This document shows positions 50,020-59,522 of a stretch of 64,000 bases of DNA, one piece after another. Both the position numbers and the translations under genes were made by a program. The notes beneath the pieces are model-generated. The model had not been told where the DNA came from. It did no database searches and saw only the letters and a program-made list of their open reading frames with translations. Numbering within the stretch: the stretch's first letter is position 1; each line of letters opens with the position of its first letter. The DNA comes from an uncultured delta proteobacterium. Lineage in GTDB: Bacteria; Myxococcota; Myxococcia; Myxococcales; Myxococcaceae. The stretch is taken from assembly GCA_963713045.1 (NCBI GenBank), contig CAVQKE010000001.1, positions 224,001 to 288,000 on the forward strand, in the 5' to 3' direction.

Positions 50020-50184
50020 CCAGTTGCGAAAAATGGGCGCCGGCAAGAGGGAGACGTCTCACACCGTCGGTGCCAGGCGGACGTTGAGGAGGTCACGCCA
50101 TCCGCAGGCACGAAGACAACGAAGGGCTGTTCTATAGCCCCTGGGCAGGGAGCGCAGTGCTCGGTGCGTTTCGCTTTGAATCGA

Positions 50185-50511
50185 CTACTTCTTGAACGTG
50201 CGAATGTACGCGACCACTCCGTTTACCTGGTCTGGCGTCAACTCTTTAAACGCGGGCATGTCCGGCTTTTGGCCTTCGATGATGGCCTTCTTCATGACGT
50301 CATCGCTCTTCGCCTGATACGCAGCGCTGGTCATGTCCTCAACCTTCAGCTTCTTACCCGTGTCGGTATCTCCCTTGCCTCCCTGACCGTGGCAAGAGGC
50401 GCACTTCGATTTCCACAAGCGCTCGCTCTTCTTGTCCACATCAGCAAACGCCAGCGCGCTGAGGACAAGCGAGCCACCTACAATCAAAGCCATGGACCGG
50501 ACGCTCTTCAT
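50185..50511 (-). CDS. monoheme cytochrome c
   Basis: Signal peptide, CASCHG, distal MPAF. Confidence 0.9.
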   Translation of the reverse strand: MKSVRSMALIVGGSLVLSALAFADVDKKSERLWKSKCASCHGQGGKGDTDTGKKLKVEDMTSAAYQAKSDDVMKKAIIEGQKPDMPAFKELTPDQVNGVVAYIRTFKK

Positions 50512-50990
50512 GTTTGACCCCCAGTTCAAGAACGGCGTAACGCATGGAGGCCGAAGACGCAAGCACCTTGAGGGCGGCTCGGCTCGCGGTCCGCCGGAGC
50601 TCCTCGGAGGCGAACGGAAGTAAATTCTTCATGCCGGCCTTTACGAAGTCTCTCGCGAGCCGAATTCCCCTGACCGAGGGCCCTGGGCCCGACCACTTGA
50701 GGACTCGACACCCACCCCAGCTGCCATCGAGGCAAAGATGCGGCGCGTTGGCTCTCCTGAAACATCCCTGCGCCGCTACCCAGCCAGCTGGCCTCCGGCA
50801 TGCGACACCGTTGACGACGCTCTGGATTGCTGTCGGAGTGCAATTTCTGCGGCGCGGCAAGGAACCTCAGGCAAAGCCTAGGCACTACGCCTTGGCGTGG
50901 CGCCACAATATGGAGTACAGGACGGACCGGACTTGGCACGTGTCGGTGGAGAGAGGGCGCCGGGGTGCTCTCGTGGAACTAGCTGCTTTC

Positions 50991-53705
50991 ATGGTTCGCC
51001 AAGCCTTCGCCCTGCTTGTGATTTCTGCCCTGGCGTGCGGCCCCACCGGGCCACCCGGGCCTCCTGGGCCAGTCGGTCCGCCTGGGGCCGGGTGTCCGGC
51101 AATCGCTTCGGGCCAAACGCCTGGTGTGCGAACGAGCCTCTCGGTCTCAAGCCCGAGTAACGGTCAATTCTTCGTGGAAGGTGAGCGGCCGGTCGTCACC
51201 ATCTACTTTGTCAACAATTCCTGCGGGCAGCTGATTCAGCCCGCACAGCTCACGACGGCGGAGCTCATGGTGTACGGCCCGCGCGACCCTCTCAGGACGG
51301 TCACCAACATGGACCTGCTCCTGGATTCGCCGGTGGTGACGTTCAACGCCTATGCGAACCTTCAGGGGTACGCGGATGGTGGACCCCCCAACCTCCGGGT
51401 GAACCAGGATGGCGTCATCAGCTACACGCTCAACCCCATCTCCAACTTGAGCGGCACCACATTTCACCAGAGCGGCGGTGCAACCTACACACAGGAAGTC
51501 GCTGGGACGTACAGCGCCGCCGTGCTCGCAATTGGAGCGAGTCAACTGGACCAGGATTTTGAGGTGGTTGACTTCCAGATTGGCACGGCCAGGGTCGAGG
51601 CTTACGCGACCGGTCCAGCGGACGGCGGCCAAGTCTCGGCGACCGACCACAATTCCAGCTGCTTTGCCTGTCACCAGAATTTCGCGCCCGGCGGGAAAAC
51701 GTACATGGCGCATATCGCGCCCGACAGCCGTTCGCCCGACGGCGACTACGCGCAAGACTCTCTTCCCATCGCTTCGTGCAAGGCCTGCCATAACAACGCC
51801 GGCTACAGTCCAAACACCCTGATGCGGAAGGCGCACGCCGTCCATCGAGGTGAACACCAACGGGCGCCGGGCGTAGCCCACCCCGAGTACGGCGAGGGAA
51901 CAGACTCGTCCCTCGACGCGTACCTCAACGTGGGCTTCCCGATGATGCCCCTAGGCGAACCGTTTTTCGAAGCACTGACGGCTGATGTGGCGATGGAAAA
52001 GAATTGCCTTGCGTGCCACGTCAGCGACGTATGGGAAACGCAGCTGTCCCGGGCCGCCTGCGGGACCTGCCACGACAACGTCTTCTTTGCTGGCGCACCC
52101 CTTCCTGACGGTGGTGTCGACCCAAAGGGGCAGAACGTCGTGCCGCCTACCGTTTTCGGTCAGCCCTCAACCGGGCCGTGCGCTACCAACCAGGACTGCG
52201 CTGCCTTCCCCGCGGGTGGCAACCCAAGTTATTCGACCGCGACATGCGACGTGTCGAGCTCTTCGCCGACCTATGGGAGTTGTATACTCACTACCCACCC
52301 TATCCCTGCCAGTGCCAATCCAGATGTTGAGTGCGGCAGCTGCCATGCTTCATCGACCTCAACCATTCCTGGGTTTATTGCTCCTGTGGACACGGTGCAC
52401 AGCATCGGCACTTGGTTGCCACCCATTACCCTGGACGGCTACTCCTTTAAGAATGTAACTGTGACCGGTGGCAGCGGCCCCGACGGCAGCTTCAACGTGG
52501 GCGACACGCCGCAGCTGAGCTTCCAGCTGCTCGACAACACTGGTGCTTCGGTAACGAACCTCACCACCGCGGGTTCCGGGTGGTCCGGGACATTTATTGT
52601 CGCAGGCCCAACGTCCAACCCGCAGCGCGTGTACGGCAGTGCATCGGGCGGCCTTTCGATGGCGAGCTCAACTTACAACTCGAGCAATCAAACGTGGACT
52701 TACATGCCACCCACCACGTGGCCAGCGAATGCCCTCGCGCCAATCAACAGCGGTCTCACGCCTCAGCCCGCTCCCGCCGGAAGCTATACAGTGTGGTTCT
52801 ACTGGGCGAGGACGACCAGCGGTGAACGGGACGCCGTGGATGCTCAGTATGTCGTGGCCTTCGGACCGAACCAGCAACCGGTGTCGGGGCGACAGGTCGT
52901 GACCCAGATGGCATGCGCCTCGTGTCACGGTGCATCGACGGACGGCGGCCTCTTCTTCCCGCACTTGGCTGAACATGGAGGCCAGCGGAAGAACGCCGAA
53001 ACATGCAATACGTGCCATAGCCAATATGCGCAAGACGAGGGCGTCGGCTCAACCGGAGTGGTGTGCACGTCCAATGCGCAGTGTGGCGGCTACGACTCCG
53101 CTAACCCGACGGCGAGTTGGGAAGAGTGCGAACCAAACCCAGCCGTCACGGACGGTGGCCAAATTTGCACGGTGATTGTCGACCCGACGCCCGACGTCGA
53201 AATCGACTTCCAGAAGCTCGTGCACAACATTCACTTTGCCAGGCTGCGGGATGGTTACGCTGAGCAAGGCAACCTCGGCGAGCCCTGGGCAACTCCCATT
53301 CCCATTCCTCCGATGACGCTCAACTATCTGGGCTTCAACAATGGCCTGACCAACTTCCAGCAGGTGCTCTCTCCAGTGGACGTCCGCGCATGCACCAACT
53401 GCCATGCCGACAGCAATGCCACCTGCTCGGCAACGACTCCTTGCGCCTTCGGACAGACCTGCAGCTCGGCCGGCACCTGCACCAACGTAGCCTGGCTCGC
53501 ACCGACCGCTCGAGCATGCATCACCTGCCACGACGGGGCCGCTGACTTTGCCCACGCCGCGTCGAACACCTACACCCCAACCAGTGGACCACCCCTCGAG
53601 ACCTGCGATGTGTGCCACGGACAGGGCGCGCCATTCGCCGTCGACGTGGTGCACAACATTACATCGCTCTATTCCGTCCACCTCGCCTATCCGCGCGAGC
53701 CGTAA
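50991..53705 (+). CDS. OmcA/MtrC-like decaheme lipoprotein cytochrome
   Basis: ALAC lipobox, GPPGPPGPVGPPG, 10 CxxCH arranged 5+5, IDFQKLVHNIH, SRAACGTCHD. Confidence 0.85.
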   Translation: MVRQAFALLVISALACGPTGPPGPPGPVGPPGAGCPAIASGQTPGVRTSLSVSSPSNGQFFVEGERPVVTIYFVNNSCGQLIQPAQLTTAELMVYGPRDPLRTVTNMDLLLDSPVVTFNAYANLQGYADGGPPNLRVNQDGVISYTLNPISNLSGTTFHQSGGATYTQEVAGTYSAAVLAIGASQLDQDFEVVDFQIGTARVEAYATGPADGGQVSATDHNSSCFACHQNFAPGGKTYMAHIAPDSRSPDGDYAQDSLPIASCKACHNNAGYSPNTLMRKAHAVHRGEHQRAPGVAHPEYGEGTDSSLDAYLNVGFPMMPLGEPFFEALTADVAMEKNCLACHVSDVWETQLSRAACGTCHDNVFFAGAPLPDGGVDPKGQNVVPPTVFGQPSTGPCATNQDCAAFPAGGNPSYSTATCDVSSSSPTYGSCILTTHPIPASANPDVECGSCHASSTSTIPGFIAPVDTVHSIGTWLPPITLDGYSFKNVTVTGGSGPDGSFNVGDTPQLSFQLLDNTGASVTNLTTAGSGWSGTFIVAGPTSNPQRVYGSASGGLSMASSTYNSSNQTWTYMPPTTWPANALAPINSGLTPQPAPAGSYTVWFYWARTTSGERDAVDAQYVVAFGPNQQPVSGRQVVTQMACASCHGASTDGGLFFPHLAEHGGQRKNAETCNTCHSQYAQDEGVGSTGVVCTSNAQCGGYDSANPTASWEECEPNPAVTDGGQICTVIVDPTPDVEIDFQKLVHNIHFARLRDGYAEQGNLGEPWATPIPIPPMTLNYLGFNNGLTNFQQVLSPVDVRACTNCHADSNATCSATTPCAFGQTCSSAGTCTNVAWLAPTARACITCHDGAADFAHAASNTYTPTSGPPLETCDVCHGQGAPFAVDVVHNITSLYSVHLAYPREP

Positions 53706-53957
53706 GTCAGCGCTGCGAAGTCGAACGGACGAGGAGCTCCGGGCGTACTGGCCTGAGGGCCCACCAGTAAGTGCCCGACGACCCCCCCCCGTGTTTCGAG
53801 CCGCGGTGAGTAAGTCCACCCCGGCGGGAAGACAAGCTGCAACGGGGAACAGCCCTTAGCCTCGGTTAGAAGTCGCAGACCAGCCGTTGTCAGAGGCGTT
53901 TTCGATTGAAACGCGCTGTCGGGGAAACGGTTCTTTCCGCTCTCGCGCGGCAGCTGG

Positions 53958-54431
53958 CTACTTGGGTGGGAAGCTCGACATGATTCCGTTCACCGCGTCC
54001 TTGAGGTTGCTTGACGTAGCGCTGGTGTCGATGTCGCCGGATGCCGCTCCACGCCACACCGCCGTGCCGTCGTCCCTTCGGGCGGCCCGCAACTCGAGCT
54101 GGCTGAGCACCCAGCCGCTCTCGTAGATGTAGTAGGTGTAGTTGCCATTGATGCCAATGGAGAACAGCAGCTCCGGCTGGTCGGACACCTTCTTCCACCC
54201 CTTCGCCTCCAGGTCCCGGTCCGCGTAGAAGCGGACGTTTGCTTCCAGCAGGCTGTCCTGCGGCGAGTTGTACGACGACTGCACCCACTGGTAGGTCTTC
54301 GCGCCCGAGAAGGTCGCTCCCGGGTCGTAGGTGTACCTCAGCGACGAACTGCATGCCGTCAGCGTCGTCACGCCAACCAGCGCGGCAAGGACCACGAGCC
54401 GGACTGCCACAGCGGTCTTCCGTCGAGCCAT
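53958..54431 (-). CDS. DUF4136 lipoprotein
   Basis: LTAC lipobox, YDPGATFSGAKTYQW, AVWRGAA, ends FPP. Confidence 0.8.
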   Translation of the reverse strand: MARRKTAVAVRLVVLAALVGVTTLTACSSSLRYTYDPGATFSGAKTYQWVQSSYNSPQDSLLEANVRFYADRDLEAKGWKKVSDQPELLFSIGINGNYTYYIYESGWVLSQLELRAARRDDGTAVWRGAASGDIDTSATSSNLKDAVNGIMSSFPPK

Positions 54432-54769
54432 GAGTTCACCCCCGATTCAATACTGAAAGTGCTTAAAGCAGTATCCGCGCTGCAAGGAGCTCCGCCACTC
54501 GAAGGAAGAGGACACGCATTTCCGGAGCCGCGCTGCGGCTGTCCAAGGGCCTCCATCATCCTTGAGGTCGGCCTTTCGGTCGTGGGGGATGAGCACTACT
54601 GCCTCGTCTCCGCAGCCAACGCCGAGAGCGCGCTGACGCGACGCCTGGATAGCGCACTCAGCGTCGGCTGGTCCACTTCGGCGCGAAAATTATTTGCGCG
54701 ACAGTGGACTTTCCAACTGAAAACGAGCTTGGCTTGGGAACCCACGTGTAACTAAGTCAGGGGGACACC

Positions 54770-54946
54770 ATGGCGAAGACGGGTGCTAAGGACAACCGCC
54801 GGGACGGCGCAGTGCGGAAACGCTCGCAGGTGAAGAACCGGCGGACAGGCCTGTGGATCAAGCGAAACGCCAAGACCGGCCGCTTCGTCGACGTGAAGAC
54901 GAGCGGTGGGAAGTTCAAGGGCGTGCGGCGCGAGAAGAAGAAGTGA
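54770..54946 (+). CDS. 58-aa highly basic small protein (absent from the ORF track)
   Basis: GGGGA RBS; MAKTGAKDNRRDGAVRKRSQVKNRRTGLWIKRNAKTGRFVDVKTSGGKFKGVRREKKK*. Confidence 0.8.
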   Translation: MAKTGAKDNRRDGAVRKRSQVKNRRTGLWIKRNAKTGRFVDVKTSGGKFKGVRREKKK

Positions 54947-55209
54947 GGGCTACCGCGCCCCCCTCTCCTCTCCTCTTCGCCAACCCGGCGCCATCCGCGT
55001 GCAGGACAAGGGCTGCGCTCGGAAGCTGAAGTGCGCTTGGACGACCGGGCGATGTACACCTTAGAGACAACTGCCGCGCCGAGTACCGGGGGCGAGCAGC
55101 TGGGCTTTATGGTAACGGCCCAATCATCAGGGTAGACCGCCCTTCGATGTTGGCCTTGCTGTCGGGTCAATCAAGAGAAGTTCCACATCGTTCCCAATGG
55201 AGAATCCGC

Positions 55210-55812
55210 ATGCGAAAGCTGGTTATGTCGTACGCCATCTTCCTCACCAGCGTGGCTGCATACGCCCAAACACCAAGTTCAGACGGACAGAGCACACTCG
55301 AGATGAAAAACACTGGCACGCCGGGTAAGGCGACCGCCAAACGAACGATTCGCATCACCGCCACCGTCAAGGCAATCGACGTCCCGAGTCGGACCCTGAC
55401 ACTGCAGAGCAAGTCGGGTGAGACAGAGACTTTCACAGTCGGGCCCCAAGTCCAGCGCTTAGGGGAGTTCGCTGTCGGCGACACCATCGTGGTTGACTAC
55501 CAGCAGGGGCTCGCACTGGAGTTCCAGCCGGCCGGGTCGGAAACAGTGCCCCCAACGGCCGGCGCAGTCGCCGGACGCGCTTCAAGCAACCAGGCACCCG
55601 GAGGGTCTGCTGCTGCCGGGGTGCAGGCGACAGTAACCGTCACCGCAATCGATTCCGCCAAAAGGCTGGTGTCCTTCCAGGGACCCGGCGGCAACGTCTA
55701 CCAAGTGAAGGCCGGCGCCAACATCAAGCTCGAGAAGCTCAAGGTTGGTGACCACCTGCTCGCGACGTACGTCGAGGCCGTGGCCATCAAGCTGGAAAAG
55801 CCGAAAAAGTGA
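55210..55812 (+). CDS. secreted protein with two OB-fold-like repeats
   Basis: Signal peptide; ATVKAID..RTLTL..VGD and VTVTAID..RLVSF..VGD. Confidence 0.75.
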   Translation: MRKLVMSYAIFLTSVAAYAQTPSSDGQSTLEMKNTGTPGKATAKRTIRITATVKAIDVPSRTLTLQSKSGETETFTVGPQVQRLGEFAVGDTIVVDYQQGLALEFQPAGSETVPPTAGAVAGRASSNQAPGGSAAAGVQATVTVTAIDSAKRLVSFQGPGGNVYQVKAGANIKLEKLKVGDHLLATYVEAVAIKLEKPKK

Positions 55813-56185
55813 GGGCAGCCGCGCCTCAATTCTCGTGAGTCCGGTCAAGTGTTGGGGTTCATAACCGCCAGACTGGATGCAAAGCGTCAGGGTGGGTTGG
55901 GTTAGCCTCGCCGTCGCCATTACCTCCGGGCGGCGATATGGACTCACGCTTCCAGCCCGGGCCGGCCTCGATTGCACCGCGTCCTCGGCGTGCCATCAGC
56001 ACGAAAGCCACCACTAACCGTCGGCAGCTCCCGAGCCTTCGTCAGTCGTCCGCCCGGAAGAAGGACCTGGCCTCGCCGATGGTCTGGTCTCGACCCTCGG
56101 CATGACGCAGCCGATGAGATCGCGGCGCTCCCCCTGTCTAACGCTCAGAAGTTCCACCCGGCGAGCAGGGAGAGAGAGGACTGTC

Positions 56186-56902
56186 ATGAAGATCGAAGGA
56201 TCCATTGCGCTTGTCACCGGCGCGAACCGAGGACTCGGTAAGGCCCTTGTTTCAGCGCTTGTGGAGGCTGGTGCGGCCAAGGTCTACGCCGCGGCCCGAG
56301 ATGAAAGGAAGCTCTCCATCGATAGCTCCCGGGTCATCCCCCTCGGGGTCGACACCGCCGAGCCGGAGCAGATAGCGGCTGCCGCGAAAAGGGCCAACGA
56401 CGTCACGCTCCTCATCAACAACGCGGGCCTGCTGAGCTCGTTCAACGTTTTGGCGACAAGACAGGCGGAGTTCGACGCCGATTTCCGTACCAATGTTTAC
56501 GGCACTTTGGCTGTTATCAAGGCGTTCCTGCCGGTGCTGGAACGAGCGGCCTGGGGCGCGACCATCGCGAATGTCCTGTCGCTGACGTCCTTGGCAAGCT
56601 TCCCCGCCCTCGGTGGTTACTCCGCGTCGAAAGCTGCGGCCTACTCCATCACCCAAGCCTTGCGTCCGCAGCTGAAGGCCAAGCGCATTGAGCTGCTTGC
56701 GGTCCTTCCCGGCCCCATCGACACCGACATGGTGAAGGCCCTTCCGATGCCGAAGACGAGCCCGGCCGAGACGGCCCGGGGTGTTCTCGCGGGCATCGCC
56801 CGCGGCGACGAGGAGATCTTCCCCGACCCCATGGCACAGGAGCTGGGAGCCCTATGGAACAAGAGCCCCAAGGAATTCGAGCGTGCTTTCGCAAACTTCT
56901 GA
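56186..56902 (+). CDS. SDR oxidoreductase
   Basis: VTGANRGLG, NNAG, YSASK, PGPIDTDM. Confidence 0.93.
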   Translation: MKIEGSIALVTGANRGLGKALVSALVEAGAAKVYAAARDERKLSIDSSRVIPLGVDTAEPEQIAAAAKRANDVTLLINNAGLLSSFNVLATRQAEFDADFRTNVYGTLAVIKAFLPVLERAAWGATIANVLSLTSLASFPALGGYSASKAAAYSITQALRPQLKAKRIELLAVLPGPIDTDMVKALPMPKTSPAETARGVLAGIARGDEEIFPDPMAQELGALWNKSPKEFERAFANF

Positions 56903-57069
56903 AGACCGATGAGTTTCGGCCCCCACGCCGGTTTCACGACTACGAGGGCCAATGTTGGCCCGAGAGGACGGCGGTCATGAACGTCACAGAGAAGTCAGAC
57001 TCCAGGACCAGCAGCCACCGCGACACCGCTCGGGTTACTGAGGGAGCGGAAGAGAAAAGAGAGCAGGCG

Positions 57070-57519
57070 ATGAAGGCGAAGGGCTTCACCACCTCCTTTG
57101 TGGTGGACCGCTCTCCCCAAGCCGTCTTTGACGCGATTAACAACGTTCGAGGATGGTGGTCAGGAGAGATTGATGGGAACACCGACAAGCTCGGGGCGGA
57201 GTTCACGTACCGCTACCAAGGTCTCCACCGCAGCACCCAGAGAATCTCTGAGTGGGCGCCCGGCAGGAGAGTCGTCTGGCGTGTCTCGGACGCCCGCCTC
57301 AACTTCGTGAAAGACAAGACTGAGTGGAACGGCACGGGAATCGTCTTCGAAATCACCAGGAAGGGCCATAAGACCGCGCTCCGCTTCACCCACGTCGGCC
57401 TGCTTCCGGCCTTCCAATGCTATGGAGGCTGTTCAGTGGCGTGGGGCTTCTATGTCAACGACAGTCTGCGCAGGCTCATCACAACCGGCAAAGGCGACCC
57501 CAATCCGAAGGAAAGCTGA
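57070..57519 (+). CDS. SRPBCC/AHSA1 domain protein
   Basis: PQAVFDAINNVRGWW, EWNGT, LRFTHVGL. Confidence 0.85.
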   Translation: MKAKGFTTSFVVDRSPQAVFDAINNVRGWWSGEIDGNTDKLGAEFTYRYQGLHRSTQRISEWAPGRRVVWRVSDARLNFVKDKTEWNGTGIVFEITRKGHKTALRFTHVGLLPAFQCYGGCSVAWGFYVNDSLRRLITTGKGDPNPKES

Positions 57520-57526
57520 GCACGAG

Positions 57527-58570
57527 ATGCTCGGGGCTTCGAATTCTCCCGCGAGAGCTATACCTTCCGTGTCGATGGCAGCAGCGCAACCCAGCCAGAC
57601 GTTCGAACGGATTGCCGAACCCTTGCGCCGGCAACTCCACCTGCATTGCTACCGCATGCTCGGCTCCCTGCATGAAGCCGAGGACCTCGTGCAGGAGACG
57701 TACTTGCGCGCCTGGCGCAGCTTCGACACCTTCGAAGGAGGATCGTTTCGTGCCTGGCTGTACCGCATCGCGACCAACGCTTGCCTCAATGCGCTGGAGA
57801 GCCGCAAGCACTCGCAGCGTTTGCTGCCGGACCAGTTGGGACCTGCCAACGAGACGATGCCGCCCGGCGCCCCGGCAACGGACGTGGCGTGGCTAGAACC
57901 TTACCCGGATTCCGAACTGGAACGCATTGCGGACGCCTCGCCAACTCCGGAGGCACGCTACACCTCACGCGAGGCCGTGCAGCTGGCTTTCATCGCCGCG
58001 CTCCAGCAGCTACCGCCTCGTCAGCGTGCAGCCCTGATGCTGTGCGATGTGCTTGGTTGGACCGCCGTAGAAGCCGCGACCCTACTCGACAGCTCAACAG
58101 CTTCGGTCAACAGCGCCTTGCAGCGGGCGCGCGAGACGCTTTCCAAACGCTACCCAAACGGCCGGCCACCGCAGGCACCCTCGCCAAGCCCCGAGCAGCA
58201 AAAGCTCCTCGGTCGCTACCTTCAGAGCTGGGAAGGGCATGACTTGGACGGCTTCGGGGCTCTCCTCAAACAGGACGCGACCGTCATCATGCCGCCGTGG
58301 CTGCAATGGTACGCTGGACGCGAGACGATCCAGGCCTTCTTCGGGGCGTCGTGGAAAAGCTGCGGGGGGCTTCGCCTGGTCCCGACTGCTGCCAACGGGC
58401 AGCCCGCTTTCGCCGTCTATGAGCGCGGAGCCGACGGCCGGTTTAACGCCCACTCCATCCACGTGCTCACGCTCGAGCGGGACCTGGTTTCGACGATGAC
58501 CCTATTCGTGGAACCTCGTCTGTTTCAGGCGTTTGGACTTTCGCTCGTTCTTTCAGACGCTGAGAGTTGA
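57527..58570 (+). CDS. ECF sigma factor with C-terminal SnoaL domain (SigG-like)
   Basis: HCYRMLGS..EAEDLVQET, WLYRIATN, WLEPYPD, LPPRQRA, ANGQPA. Confidence 0.92.
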   Translation: MLGASNSPARAIPSVSMAAAQPSQTFERIAEPLRRQLHLHCYRMLGSLHEAEDLVQETYLRAWRSFDTFEGGSFRAWLYRIATNACLNALESRKHSQRLLPDQLGPANETMPPGAPATDVAWLEPYPDSELERIADASPTPEARYTSREAVQLAFIAALQQLPPRQRAALMLCDVLGWTAVEAATLLDSSTASVNSALQRARETLSKRYPNGRPPQAPSPSPEQQKLLGRYLQSWEGHDLDGFGALLKQDATVIMPPWLQWYAGRETIQAFFGASWKSCGGLRLVPTAANGQPAFAVYERGADGRFNAHSIHVLTLERDLVSTMTLFVEPRLFQAFGLSLVLSDAES

Positions 58571-58640
58571 CTCGTTGCATCAATAAGCGGCGCCCAGCCA
58601 TGAGCAGCTTGACGTTCACGACATCCCCCGCCCTGGTGAG

Positions 58641-59222
58641 TCACAACCCGATTACATTGAGCCCGAGCACCAGAAGGCCGCAGGCAAGCATGATGGCGGC
58701 GATTGTCGCTGCCCGCCGTGTGGGCCGCGCCTGGGATGCTAGCGTCCAGGCAGCCGCGCGCCAGTAGGTGTAGCAGCCCACGAGCACAATGAGCAGTTCG
58801 AGCAGGGCACTGGCCGTCGGCACCCGCCAAAGGCCAAAGCCAAGCCGAGGCAACGAAGCCAGGTCGCCCGGCAGAATCGGCATGTCCCCCCGGTGCACGA
58901 TGAGGTCAAGGACCCAGTGCGCGAAGACAACTCCGGCGAGGATCAGGCCGCTTCGCCGTCCCCATGGAAAGGCCGCTACACCGCCAAAGATGACGGCAAG
59001 CGCCAAGGCACCCACGAGCGAGTGCGTATAGTCGGCGTGGATAATGACCTCGCCGTATCCACCTCGAGTACCTGCAACGGGGGTCAGCGTCTCCACACCG
59101 AGCAGCAAGAGCGGGACGAACACAACGTCCAGCCATTGAGTGGCGAGCATAAGAGCCCACAGAGGCACCTGACGTTCTCTGGACTTCACAACTGCGGCGA
59201 AGCCAAAGTGTCCAGCAATCAT
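58641..59222 (-). CDS. membrane-bound metal-dependent hydrolase-like protein
   Basis: GHF, YTHSL, HWVLDLIVH, LGFGLW. Confidence 0.75.
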   Translation of the reverse strand: MIAGHFGFAAVVKSRERQVPLWALMLATQWLDVVFVPLLLLGVETLTPVAGTRGGYGEVIIHADYTHSLVGALALAVIFGGVAAFPWGRRSGLILAGVVFAHWVLDLIVHRGDMPILPGDLASLPRLGFGLWRVPTASALLELLIVLVGCYTYWRAAAWTLASQARPTRRAATIAAIMLACGLLVLGLNVIGL

Positions 59223-59522
59223 CGTGGTTCAGCCCCTCGTCGGGGCGGGCCAAGGAAGCCGCGCGTCGAGCGCTCCAATTAGGGCGACGAAGAGCACCAT
59301 TCCGAGCAGGAAGGACATCGCGCCGGTACGATAACACTCGCCAAGCGCAGAGGCAGCAACCCGTAAGGTGACTGCCCAGGCTTTGACCGACGAGGAGGTC
59401 GCCGGGTTCGTTTGGAGCGCCCCTTAGTCAGACATTCCGAAAGGCAGCACGCCCCCTTGTTTTCGTGCCCTCATGTGTTTTCGTACGCTCGCCGGCCGCC
59501 CTCGCACCGAAGCAAACATGAA

